From the NCBI RefSeq assembly GCF_001194135.2, contig NC_068984.1, positions 104,972,531 through 105,036,530 on the forward strand: a stretch of 64,000 bases of DNA, read 5' to 3'. The DNA is from Octopus bimaculoides (lineage: Eukaryota). Positions 39,081-51,514 of the stretch are shown one piece after another (position 1 is the first letter of the stretch; every line of letters begins with the position of its first letter). A program made the translations under genes and the position numbers. The notes beneath the pieces were generated by a model, which was not told where the DNA came from, did not search any database, and worked only from the letters and a program-made list of their open reading frames with translations.

Positions 39081-40316
39081 TTGGGTTATCCCATAAATAA
39101 TGCAGCTTTATCAATTGCATGAACTAAAGGTCAGAGAAGGAATGGGATAAGCTATATGCATCAACTTGCTATAAAAGCAGGTAGTATTTATGCTTAGTGC
39201 AAGCTTTGAAGAGTGTGGTTCGATTTTAACAGCTATTTTTTCAAAGCTATAATGGAAATGACAAAGGAGCATATTTGGCATATTTTGCTTTATGAGTTCT
39301 ATAAAGGCAACAATGCAACAGAAAGTGCGAGGAACATTAATGCAATATATGGGGATTGGACAATAAGTGTAAGCCAGTGGTTCCAGAAATTCCAAGCTGG
39401 AAACTATAGCCTAGAAGACGAACCTCATCCTGAAAGATCTGTAGAGCTCAACGAGGACGTCCTATGGAACAAAATCCTATTGTAACTGTTAAGGAACAAG
39501 CAGTGAAGCTTGGATTTGTTCATTCAACCATTCATCGACACCTGTGTGCCATTGGAAAAGTCAGCAAATTGGGTCAATGGGTTCCTCGTAAACTTTTTGA
39601 GTCTAATCACACACAGAGAATGAATGTGTGCTCTTCTTTGCTGTCACATCTCATGAATGAAGTTTTTTTGGACCGAATAGTGACTGGTGACAAGAAATGG
39701 GTTCTCTACAAAAATGTCAAGTGCCAAAGACACTGAGTAGGGAAAGGAAAAACATCGGCACCCCAGGCTAAAGAAGGTCTTCACCCACGTAAGGTGTTGT
39801 TATCTGTTTGGTAGGATATGAAAAGTTTAGTCCACTTTGAACTTTTAAACCCAAACCAATTGATAACAAAGGAGATCTACTGTGAGCAACTTGCAGCTTA
39901 AGTCGGCACTTTGGTTTCAAGATAAAAGGTTTACTTCCATCAAGATAATGCTAGGCCACATACAGCGAGGATAACATTCCAAAGGCTGGAGCAGTTTCAG
40001 TGGGAAATGATGCCCCAGCCACCATATTCATTGGACATTGTCCCATCTGATTATCATTTATTCCGCAGTATTCAAAATCATTTGGACGGAAAAAATATGA
40101 ATTCTGTAGACAAGGTCAGAACAGTACTGGAGGAGTATTTTTCACCATGGACAAGTGAATTTTGGAAGAGGGGCCTTGCAAGTCTACCAGATAGATGAAA
40201 CAGCATTGCAAAAAATGAAGGATAGTACATTTTAGATTATAAAAGAACTTTGTTCATCTTAATTTTGAAAAATAAAAGAAGTATAAAAAAACCACATTAT
40301 TTATGGAATGACCCAA
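39081..40316 (+). mobile_element. Full-length mariner (DD34D) with inactivated transposase
   Basis: TIRs TTGGGTTATCCCATAAATAATG / CATTATTTATGGAATGACCCAA|TA; motifs QWVPRKL, TGDKKW and HQDNARPH-(34 aa)-YSLDIVPSD; split over ORFs 39213, 39464 and 40007. Confidence 0.92.
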
Positions 40317-40693
40317 TATATATATGTAAATACATACATATATATATATATATATNNNNNNNNNNNNNNNNNNNNNNNNNNNNNNNNNNNNNNNNNNNNN
40401 NNNNNNNNNNNNNNNNNNNNNNNNNNNNNNNNNNNNNNNNNNNNNNNNNNNNNNNNNNNNNNNNNNNNNNNNNNNNNNNNNNNNNNNNNNNNNNNNNNNN
40501 NNNNNNNNNNNNNNNNNNNNNNNNNNNNNNNNNNNNNNNNNNNNNNNNNNNNNNNNNNNNNNNNNNNNNNNNNNNNNNNNNNNNNNNNNNNNNNNNNNNN
40601 NNNNNNNNNNNNNNNNNNNNNNNNNNNNNNNNNNNNNNNNNNNNNNNNNNNNNNNNNNNNNNNNNNNNNNNNNNNNNNNNNNNNNNNNNNNNN

Positions 40694-40753
<60 letters not shown>

Positions 40754-42261
40754 ATATATATATGTACATATTTATATATATACACACACATATATAAAAA
40801 CACATATATGCATACAATACATACACAACACACACACATACATATTTATTTATTTATTTATGTAACAAAAAAATATATGTCTGAAGTAAACAGTCTGTTT
40901 TGTAACTAAAACCAACTAATACTAAACCAATCATGTGTAAAATTGTATACATGTAATATAAACACTACATATCACAAATAGATGTTTGCAGGTGTGTATA
41001 AATCACAAAAAATTAGCTGTGTAAAAATCTTGCATTCACTTGACAACAAAGTAAGTTGGGTGGAGCAATAAACTGGGACATTTTAAGGTGTATTAAAATA
41101 TACAAACAGCAATGTAGTAGTGATATTAGCAACACTCAGATATGTAAACACAAAATATAGTGAAATTTAACAAAATCTGTTGAATAAACTGAGACAATAA
41201 CATTGACTTGAAAAGGTCACATCATCCAAAGAAACAGATTGTAACACAATGTTAATTAACAGAACTTGAATGAAAAAATGAAAAGTTTTCTTCTTAAACA
41301 TCAAATATTTTCCTTGAATGCACAGATGAAGTTGTGTAGATATGAAGTTTGCTTCCCAAGTGCAGAGCACTTTGGGCAAGTGTCTTCTACTATATATAAA
41401 TATACACACACATATACATATATATATATACACACATATACATATATATATATGTGTGTGTGTGTGTGTCTGTATAAATATATTTATGTGTGCGTGTCTT
41501 TGTTTGTCACTGCACTATTACTTGACAACCGATGTTGGTGTGTTTACATTCCTGTAACTTAGCAGTTTGGCAAGAGAGTCCAATAGAATAATGTTCTCCA
41601 ACTAAAAACATTTGTCTCCCCTTACACACACTTCCTGTTTTGACACCACACTTCCTGCTTAACACAAACTTTTAACCTTTTTTTAAACCTAACACAACTC
41701 TCAATTCTCATGCATCCTTATTTTTTCCAACCATTATATACATGAACTACCATTGTGAGTGTATGTATGATTATGACTCCTTGTCTTGACATTATGTGAT
41801 AGTTGTAAATAATTATGATGTCATACATGTAGTGTTGCACATATCCAATATTCTGTTAGAACATGTCTGACTATGGGGAAATTTTACCCTGCATGGAAAC
41901 AGGTAAAAACAGGTGACAGTAAGGGCTTCTGACCAAAGAAAATCTGCTTCAATAAACACCATCTGAGTGAAGCAAGCATCGAAAAGTAGATATTAAAATG
42001 ATGATGATGATGATGAAGAAGAAAAAATGCATGCGATAATTAAATTATTATGTGCATGCATAGCTTCCCCACCAGAGATCACTCACAAGAATAAATTGAT
42101 AACTCAAATAAAAAAAAAATCCTTAACAATAAATATTGCATGCTGTTAAAAAGTAATTATGAACTGTATAAACCTGTATTTTATACAAAAAACTATAATT
42201 GTCTTCATTAGCAATAGCTGCTCCTGCATGCCTTTATTTACAAAAACAATATATTCAAAGT

Positions 42262-42572
42262 GAAGGTGCATGGCTTAGTGCTTAAGGCATTTTGCTCACG
42301 ATTGTAAGTTAGAAAACCAGCAGGGAATTGTGTGCTTGAGCAAGTCACTTTATTTCACATTGTTCCATTCCACTCAGCTGGCAAAAATGAATAGTACCTC
42401 TTATTCAAAGGGTCAGAATTGTCACATTCTGTGTCATGCTGAATCTCTTTAAGAACTACATTAAGGGTATGCAGGTCTGTGGAGTGCTCAGCCACTTTCA
42501 CATTAATTTCACGAGCAGATTGCTCCGTTGATCAGATCAGCTGGAACCCTTATCATCATAACCAGAGTGCCA
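42262..42572 (+). mobile_element. SINE family C
   Basis: Head GGTGCATGGCTTAGTG; 3' half near-identical to 8650-8826. Confidence 0.8.
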
Positions 42573-42785
42573 GTTGATATTCAAATAAAAGGCTTGGTCT
42601 TAAGTGTTCTCTAGTTTGATAAGTTCACTTTCAAATTTGGAAAAGTGCCACAGAAGATGAAACATCCACTTAGCCCTGATCCTGAAGTCACTAACTACCA
42701 GTTTATCTTGTGGGGTACATTCTTCGCCTGGGAAGGTTTTGGTATTTATAAGCAGCCATCTTTCCCTTTTTCTGGCAAATATAAA

Positions 42786-42971
42786 ATAAAAGTTGCTAGA
42801 AACAACAGCCAAATTTCCCTTAAATCACACAAAGTAAACGGAATTTAAAAATTTTTACATCAATGGAATTTTTTCGATGTGAACTTTCCAGTGCAGTAAT
42901 TAGATTTTTTAAATTCCGTTTACTTTGTGTGATTTAAGGGAGATTTGGCTGTTGTTTCTAGCAACTTTTAT
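42786..42971. repeat. 66-bp inverted repeat (one mismatch) with a 54-nt spacer, built from the end of family D
   Basis: 42786-42851 is the reverse complement of 42906-42971 except TTTCCC versus TCTCCC. Confidence 0.93.
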
Positions 42972-43059
42972 ATTTCTTCCCATCTACCTGTACACACAAT
43001 CATTGACTACAATATAACTCACATTCGTCAATGTTTTGTAAATATACCACGATTTTCAC

Positions 43060-43193
43060 TAGGGTGTTAGAGTTAGGGTTTTAGGGTTACGGTTAGGGTT
43101 AGTGTTACAGTTGTGGGGTTAGGGTTTAGTGTTAGGGTTAGTGTTAGGGTTAGGATTAGGGTTAGGTTTAGGGTTTTAGGGTTAGGGTTGGGT
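43060..43193 (+). repeat. Interstitial degenerate telomeric (TTAGGG)n-like array
   Basis: About 130 bp of TTAGGG, TTAGTG, TTAGGA and TTACGG variants, flanked by CACGATT (43048) and AATCGTG (43194). Confidence 0.9.
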
Positions 43194-43251
43194 AATCGTG
43201 CGGGTGTTAATCTGAAAAATTACAGAAATGTGAAAACTACTGACCCTGCCA

Positions 43252-43800
43252 TCTATCACAACTTTTGTTGTTCTGTTTAATATATACATAGATCATGCCT
43301 CCAAAGAAGAGTTTGCTGGGGAAAGAAAGCAACCGGTTTAAAATGACAGCAACAGACTGCAGCAATTCACCACATTCCAGAAGCTACTTTGAACGTAATG
43401 CAAAATGGTGCATCAACATCTTCTGCTCAATCTGATAGAATTCTGGCAGAACTGTGTAGCAACAGATCGCCAGCAATTGCTTCATCAGAAATTGCTGTCC
43501 TAGCTCCTGCGAAAAGGGTTTACCCTGCTATGTATAATCAGAGCAGCGCAAAAATTTGTTTTGCACAAGCATTTCTATAGCCAATTAGACGGATGAAATT
43601 TATGTACGCTTAATAATGTTACGCAAAACAGCCTTCAGACTTTCCCTATTAATTTCATTGTCTTTTGAATTATGGACATATTTACATCATAAGGGTTCTT
43701 TCGTTTTAAGGCTTTCTTTTTTAGTTGATTTTCACCTAGCAAGACTTATCGTAGATGGCGTAATAAGTCACACTCGGGCAATGTCGGGTTATACTGCTAG
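43252..43800 (+). mobile_element. Helitron-like element (3' end clear, 5' end tentative)
   Basis: Hairpin ACTCGGGCAATGTCGGGT (43772-43789), then 11 nt ending CTAG (43797-43800), followed by T. Candidate A|TC start at 43252 and a short MPPKKSLLGK ORF at 43295. Confidence 0.65.
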
Positions 43801-43904
43801 TAGAAAATAAAGTAAGATGTACTGTTACTCACTAATAATGAATGATATTGATTTAAGATGATGATAAAAATAATGAAGGTAATGACTGCACAGCAAAGAA
43901 AATA

Positions 43905-44587
43905 TAAAGCTCTTCAAGTGACACTTCTTCTTCAAGTGTTTTAGGGGATGTCGTTCCTTCCTGCAAGGCTTTCTTGACAGGCTTGAGGAACATTGTGATG
44001 GGAAGTTGCTGTCATTGCTTCTTCTTGGTGGTGAGGAAAATTTCATATGTTTGGATGGCAGCATCAATGACATTTTTAAGTTGGAGAGATTGAACCATAT
44101 AGGGATACCATGCTTCTGCCTTCCCTTGCAATTCCTTTGCTGTCCTTAAAAGGTCAAACAAACATTTGATTGTCAGGCCCATCTCATCCTCCACTTTCTC
44201 TTGATCTGGCGCTTCCTCCTCTTCGCTGGCCGACTTAGTTAACTCCAACAAATTTTCATCTGTCAGCGTTTCAGAGTGGGCATCGATGAGATTGTTGACC
44301 TCATCTTGTGTGATGTTGTCAATACCTTCACCTCCAAGTATCTCTGCCAGTTTCACTGCATTGTTGACAGCCTCATGCTGAATATCTTCAGGTGAGAAGC
44401 CCTCATAGTCCTAGACACACTCTGGCCAACCTTCTTCGAGCATGCGATGAGGGCTTCTTTTTTCAGTACTCCTTTAACTTGAAATTCTTGTCCAAATCTG
44501 TTGCGTCCACAAGGTGTTGGAGAGAGTTTCGAGTGTAAAGTGCCTTGAAGGAACAGATCATGCCTTGATCCATAGGCTGGATGAGGG
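43905..44587 (-). mobile_element. pogo/Tigger transposase C-terminal fragment, truncated by a gap
   Basis: LIQPMDQGMICSFKALYTRNSLQHLV (the QPMDQG DDE motif of Tigger/TIGD) followed by an acidic tail, ORF 44012-44356; deletion and frameshift in between. Confidence 0.88.
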
Positions 44588-45485
44588 NNNNNNNNNNNNN
44601 NNNNNNNNNNNNNNNNNNNNNNNNNNNNNNNNNNNNNNNNNNNNNNNNNNNNNNNNNNNNNNNNNNNNNNNNNNNNNNNNNNNNNNNNNNNNNNNNNNNN
44701 NNNNNNNNNNNNNNNNNNNNNNNNNNNNNNNNNNNNNNNNNNNNNNNNNNNNNNNNNNNNNNNNNNNNNNNNNNNNNNNNNNNNNNNNNNNNNNNNNNNN
44801 NNNNNNNNNNNNNNNNNNNNNNNNNNNNNNNNNNNNNNNNNNNNNNNNNNNNNNNNNNNNNNNNNNNNNNNNNNNNNNNNNNNNNNNNNNNNNNNNNNNN
44901 NNNNNNNNNNNNNNNNNNNNNNNNNNNNNNNNNNNNNNNNNNNNNNNNNNNNNNNNNNNNNNNNNNNNNNNNNNNNNNNNNNNNNNNNNNNNNNNNNNNN
45001 NNNNNNNNNNNNNNNNNNNNNNNNNNNNNNNNNNNNNNNNNNNNNNNNNNNNNNNNNNNNNNNNNNNNNNNNNNNNNNNNNNNNNNNNNNNNNNNNNNNN
45101 NNNNNNNNNNNNNNNNNNNNNNNNNNNNNNNNNNNNNNNNNNNNNNNNNNNNNNNNNNNNNNNNNNNNNNNNNNNNNNNNNNNNNNNNNNNNNNNNNNNN
45201 NNNNNNNNNNNNNNNNNNNNNNNNNNNNNNNNNNNNNNNNNNNNNNNNNNNNNNNNNNNNNNNNNNNNNNNNNNNNNNNNNNNNNNNNNNNNNNNNNNNN
45301 NNNNNNNNNNNNNNNNNNNNNNNNNNNNNNNNNNNNNNNNNNNNNNNNNNNNNNNNNNNNNNNNNNNNNNNNNNNNNNNNNNNNNNNNNNNNNNNNNNNN
45401 NNNNNNNNNNNNNNNNNNNNNNNNNNNNNNNNNNNNNNNNNNNNNNNNNNNNNNNNNNNNNNNNNNNNNNNNNNNNNNNNNNNNN
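44588..45485. other. Largest of 14 assembly gaps (others at 13771, 15027, 18690, 23113, 31329, 34223, 38834, 38968, 40356, 47317, 48670, 51685, 53850)
   Basis: Runs of N, nearly all abutting microsatellites or repeats. Confidence 1.
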
Positions 45486-45602
45486 TATATATATATATAT
45501 ATGTTTATATGGTAAGAAGCTTGCTTCCAAAGCACATGGTTTCGGGTTCAGTCCCACTGCATGGCATCTTGAACACTCTATTGTATTCCGTAAGAGATCT
45601 TT

Positions 45603-45640
<38 letters not shown>

Positions 45641-45649
45641 TATTCTCAA

Positions 45650-46900
45650 CCAAAACTGTCAGACGAACGGGAACATGAAACGCTGAGTAACAGTTTTTAT
45701 GATCCCTTTACAGCTTTATTAATAAAGCATATTACTCCACCTCCGGTATCCGAGTACTGTTTTTTACACCTAGTTTCACATTTATGTGCTTACTCTGGTA
45801 TATATATATATATATATATATACATATATATGACAACGTTTATAGGAGAATGTTCGTGTGCTGCGAAATGGGCAAGTGCACGCACTTCCAATGTTGAACC
45901 CAGTTTTAAAGAAACATTTTGACTAATAAAATTCTTAATTGCAGAAATAATTTTTTTTTTCCTTTTGAACTTAGACAAAGTTACCTCTTTTATACATGAC
46001 GTTAATCTTTACGAGAACTTATACAAACTGAAAACTACACACACAAAATAAAATAACAGTTATAAAAATGAAATCACATACCGATATTTCTACAAGATTA
46101 TTCAGCACTGAACAACAAACATATAAGTGAATGAATCGATTAAGAGCAGCTATCTGTCACAATACACCTTCGTATTACTATTGCTCCTACACACTACCCA
46201 GTTCACCTAAGCCAAAAGAATAAATGAACAGTGAACAAGCTTTTAAAGTAATACCACACATACCAGAGATTAATGACATTTTAACACAATCATTAGGTTA
46301 CAGGTTGGGTGGTGTTTAACTGAAGGTGGCTATGGCTAGTCGGTCCTCCACTTCTATTTTAGGCGCTTAGTTGGTACGCCTTAGGTCAACCCTCATTCAG
46401 CAGAGCCATGAAGAGATGCATTCCAGCCGTGACCATTCTGTCTTTACCGTCATGTAGGAATATGTAATAAATTCCTTTACTTACCCTATGATTGTAGGGT
46501 GTGATTCAAAACTTTTTAGCTGCTGTTTCTAACATATACGAGCAACCATACAGAGGGTTCATTCGTTAGCTAGTCGTTACTGATTGTTTAGCTCACTATC
46601 AGCACTGTACGAGCAGACTCATAATCAGAAACATCCCAGCCGTGACGACCACGATTTTTCACACATAATCTGTCTATGTGTCTTCAGTATTTTGATACAA
46701 TAGAGTATCATTTGGTGGGGATTTTGCTTATTTTTATGAAAAGTGAAGTGGCCCACATTGAGGCCTGCTATCGCATTGTTAGTACAATATGACGCACAAC
46801 TTTCCCGCACACAACCAAATGAAATAATAGCTGTTGTATTTTTATGTTGTTCCATAGGGAGTACAAGATAAAAGGTGAGCGAATAAAAGATAATACGATA
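45650..46900. promoter_or_regulatory. CpG-retaining region; candidate (bidirectional) promoter with outward-facing splice donors
   Basis: CpG visibly denser than in the 0-45 kb region. Minus-strand donors G|GTATGT (46081) and GAG|GTAACT (45984); plus-strand donor AAG|GTGAGC (46875). Confidence 0.4.
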
Positions 46901-47114
46901 TACGTATAAATGAGATATTATTAATACAAAATACAGAACATGCTGGGAAAAGGAGAAATAAACTAAATGGAATCAGAATTTAAAAGAAACGCATTTGTAA
47001 ATATTTTGAAGAGTTTACATGAACAGAAAAAAAGCAAAATTTTTTCATGTACCTGATTTAAAAGATTGTGCGTACACAGACACACACCAATTCACAAACA
47101 CACACATAAGTTTT

Positions 47115-47276
47115 AACGCATGCGTGACTGTGCGATAAGAAGCTTGCTTCCCAACCACATAGTTCCGAGTTCAGTCCGACTGCGTGGCACCTAGGGCAAG
47201 TGTCTTCTTCTATAACCTCGAGCCGACCAAAGCCTTGTGAGTGGATTTGGTAGACGGAAACTGAAAGAAGCCTATC

Positions 47277-47316
<40 letters not shown>

Positions 47317-47885
47317 NNNNNNNNNNNNNNNNNNNNNNNNNNNNNNNNNNNNNNNNNNNNNNNNNNNNNNNNNNNNNNNNNNNNNNNNNNNNNNNNNNNN
47401 NNNNNNNNNNNNNNNNNNNNNNNNNNNNNNNNNNNTGCACCCCACCATCCCTTGACAGCTGATGTTGGTATGTTTACGTCCCGTAACTTAATGGTTCGGC
47501 AAAAGAGTCCGGTAGAATAAATACTAGGCTTACTAAGAATAAGTTCTGGGATCAGTTTGTTCGACTGAAGGCGGTGCTCTAGCATGGCCGCAATCAAATG
47601 ACTGAAACAACTAAAAGAATAAAAGAATATATATATATGTAATCATACAGGTGTATATATACACACACATTATATAATATATATTTTTTCTTTTACTTGT
47701 TTCAGTCATCTGATTACGGCCACACTGGTGCACCACCTTTAGTTGAACAAATCGACCCCAGGACTTATTCTTTGTTAGCCTAGTACTTATTCTATTGGTC
47801 TCTTTTGACAAACCGTTAGGTTATGGGGACGTAAACACACCAACATCAGTGTCAATCGATGGTGGGGGGACAAACACAGACACAC
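47115..47885. mobile_element. SINE family A plus copy (47115-47625) and minus tail (47685-47885), arranged tail to tail
   Basis: The tails are mutually reverse complementary over about 190 bp; the plus copy retains many CpGs. Confidence 0.85.
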
Positions 47886-48125
47886 AAATATGTACATGTG
47901 TGTGTGTGTATGTGCGTGTCACCATCAACATTGTCATTTAATGTTTACTTTTCCTTGTTTGTTTGGATGAGACAGAATTTGTTGAGACAGATTTTCTATG
48001 GCTGGATGCCCATCCTTATGCCAACCACTTTGCAGAATGTCTCTGAATATCAATATATATATGTGTGTGTGTACATATGCACATGTGTTTATGTATGCAT
48101 GTATACACATGCACAGGAATGTATA

Positions 48126-48158
<33 letters not shown>

Positions 48159-49428
48159 TAGTTGCAAACAATGAGAATGAGTACTCAACACCACATTTGG
48201 TGAATAAATACATTCTTTATTTGTGGCTCTACCAAGTTGCCATTCCTTTCATGTGATGATACTACAATTATCAAGAATTCTGTTTAAAAATATTGGTAAT
48301 CTGTGATTATTTGAGATAAGCCTATGTTGCGAGTTGGATGAATAGCTTTATCCAGACGAAGGTGGATTACTAATATCTTGTAGTGGAATGCTTGATAATG
48401 TGATACTATCATATGAAACTAATCGTAGCATAGTAAATACAAATATATGGAATATATTTATCCTCCAAATGTGATGTTGAGTTCTTATTTTCAGTGTTTG
48501 TCACTATCATACCCACACCCCTGTGATTTTCAAATAAAAAGACTCCACATTAATTACAAATTAGCTAATTTTAAGATTAAAATCTTAAATAGATTTCCTT
48601 CTATCTTCAGCGCAATATATGTAAAAAATATACGAATGAATGTTTAGACCTCCCTTAAAATAACTATATNNNNNNNNNNNNNNNNNNNNNNNNNNNNNNN
48701 NNNNNNNNNTATATATACATACATATATATACATATATATATGTATATATATGTATGTATGTATATCCTTACAACATTGTTGTAAGGACGTACATGTTAA
48801 CACATGGAAGATTCAAAAATATTTCCCCACCCTCTTCCTTCCACATTATATTTTTTCAAATACCACCACCCCCACCTTGCTAATTTCTGTGATTTGGCCA
48901 AAACAGCCCTATTGAATACTACCGGTCAAATGGCCTTGCTTAAATTCCTCAATCCTCTCACTACCTGCCCTTTTTTTAATCCTTATTTCTCTCTACATTT
49001 ATATTCTTCTCTCCTACTGTGCTCTCTACACATTCTGATTAAATATTCCATGTGTTAACATGTACCTCCTCGCAAAATGTAAACTTTCATTTAATCAAGA
49101 TATCCCTGGCCTGAAGAGTAGCCTACGGTATACATCTCACTTGGATATTTACCACTTCCGAGGTTCCACTTGCTATGAAGCATATGTAGCCCAGATTTTA
49201 TCTACTCCATTCCTTAACTTCTGTATTCTTATCCACACACCCAGCAACCCCAGTCACCTACTATGAAATATAAAAAGAACATTTTTCAGTTTATTGTACT
49301 TTGACACAAAAAAAATCCACAACCTCCCATCTCAATAAACCACTATTGTCCCTTACAGATTGCTCGAAGCTAACTTTCTTCTTACGCCTTGATCCCTGGA
49401 TCTTATATTTATATATAAATATATTTAT

Positions 49429-49510
<82 letters not shown>

Positions 49511-49922
49511 CAAAAAATAATAGTAAAGAATAATACTACAAGTAAAAGAATAATAAAAGAATGCAACAAAAAAGAAAAAGCTGTGGGGCTGCAAGACAGA
49601 CAGACAAAAGCGGATAACGCAATGAAGAAATGAAAACTGCTCTAAAGGTCTATAGACATGGGAGGGATGTGTGTGTGTGTGTGTGTATATATATACATAT
49701 ATAATATATATACAGAGAGAGAGAGAGAGAGAGAGAGATACATGTATATGTATAATACAAATACACACACACACACATACAATATAGTTATATTTTACTG
49801 ATGTCTAATCTCACTAACACAAAATTGGTAAATAATATCTAATAAATTATATTATACTATACTATAAAAAAATATAGTAATGATGATGATAATAATAATA
49901 ATGTATATATCTATATATATAA

Positions 49923-49967
<45 letters not shown>

Positions 49968-49987
49968 GATGATGATGATGATGATAA

Positions 49988-50028
<41 letters not shown>

Positions 50029-50040
50029 TATATATATATA

Positions 50041-50909
50041 CAGGGTGCAGCAAAATGATCTGACATATTTGTAGATTTAATAAAAGTGAAATAGAGTAAA
50101 GAACAAAAAATGTGTTTTTATATTCGAAATGTACATATATTGCCATTTTGTTTCATTTGGTTTTAAAAATTAAATAGTCAAGTGGATGCTGTTACTGTCC
50201 ACACATTGTTGAAGGCATTCACGAAAGTTGTCCATAACTCAACGCATCATTTCATGTGGAATGGCAGCAATTTTTTGATGAATAGCATCTTTTAATTGTT
50301 GAATAGATTGAGGGTGATGAGTATATACCTCTGATTTCAGGTATCACCACAGAAAATAATCGCATGGGTTGAAATCAGGTGATCAGGTGGGCTTACTGAT
50401 GTCACTGCACAATGTGATCAAATGATCAGGGAACATCTCCCTCAAAATCTCCATCACACATCAAGAAGTGTGGGCTGTTGCCCCATACTGTTGAAACCAA
50501 GCATCATCCCTATTGTCAAGTTCATTCAATTTGGGTTTCAGAAAAGTCTCTAGCATCACACAATATTGATCAGAGTTCACAGTCACTGTAACATTGTCTT
50601 CTTCGAAGAAGTATGGACCCCATAGAAAGTATGAACCCCAAGTAGGTACAGGATCATATCTACCAAACCTGAAGTGCACACGGAACGCACTTCGTGTTGC
50701 AGTTACAGATTCATTGTTTTTGATAAACATTTCAACAATGAAAGTGCGATGCTCACCTGTCCAATTCATGTTGGCAACTCAAAACAAATTTAAACAAAAC
50801 ATCACAAATGGTACCACTTGAAACAAATTGCCATTATAGGTACATTTCGAAAGTAAAAACACACTTTTATTAAACCTACAATTGTGTCAGATCATTTTAC
50901 CAGACCCTG
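50041..50909 (-). mobile_element. Internally deleted DD41D-type (rosa/Visitor-like) Tc1/mariner element
   Basis: TA|CAGGGTGCAGCAAAATGATCTGACA ... TGTCAGATCATTTTACCAGACCCTG|TA. Translation WFQQ(Y)GATAHT...SPDFNPCDYFLW has 41 residues between the second catalytic position (Asp changed to Tyr) and the third Asp. Confidence 0.85.
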
Positions 50910-51269
50910 TATATATGAGTAGTATGAGATATGGATTCAGAGAATCATATGGCTATCACTGAAGGCTCCACTTTTGAACTCAGTAAACAGTCCACATAGT
51001 AATACAGAGAAGTGTAATGTTGAATGTCCATGCAGCTGAAATTCTGCAGATCCGATCAATGAAACTGTTTCATGAAGAGTATATAAACCATAAAAGTCAG
51101 GAGAAGTGAATATATATTTAATTAAGCACATGACATCCTTGGGATTATGACTCTTTCACAACCTTCTTTATGTAGTATTAATTTCAGTGTACAAGAAATT
51201 AAGCATAATCAATCTATTTATATATGAGTGTGTATACATATATAGATATATTTACATATGTATATATAT

Positions 51270-51482
51270 GGGTGTGCAGTAAGAAGCTTACTTTCCAACC
51301 ATATGGTTCTGGGTTCAGTCCTACAGGGCAAGTATCTTCTACTATAGCCACGGGCCAACCAAAGCCTTGTGAGTGGATTTGGTAGACGGAAACTAAAAGA
51401 AGCCCATCGTATATATATAAATATACACACACATATACATATATATATACACACACATATACATATATATATATACACACAC

Positions 51483-51514
<32 letters not shown>

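Noticed and set aside
43060-43193. True chromosome end
   Set aside because: Short, degenerate and flanked on both sides by ordinary sequence.
46479-46485. Perfect minus-strand donor G|GTAAGT
   Set aside because: It lies inside a family-D repeat copy, so it gives no independent evidence for an exon.
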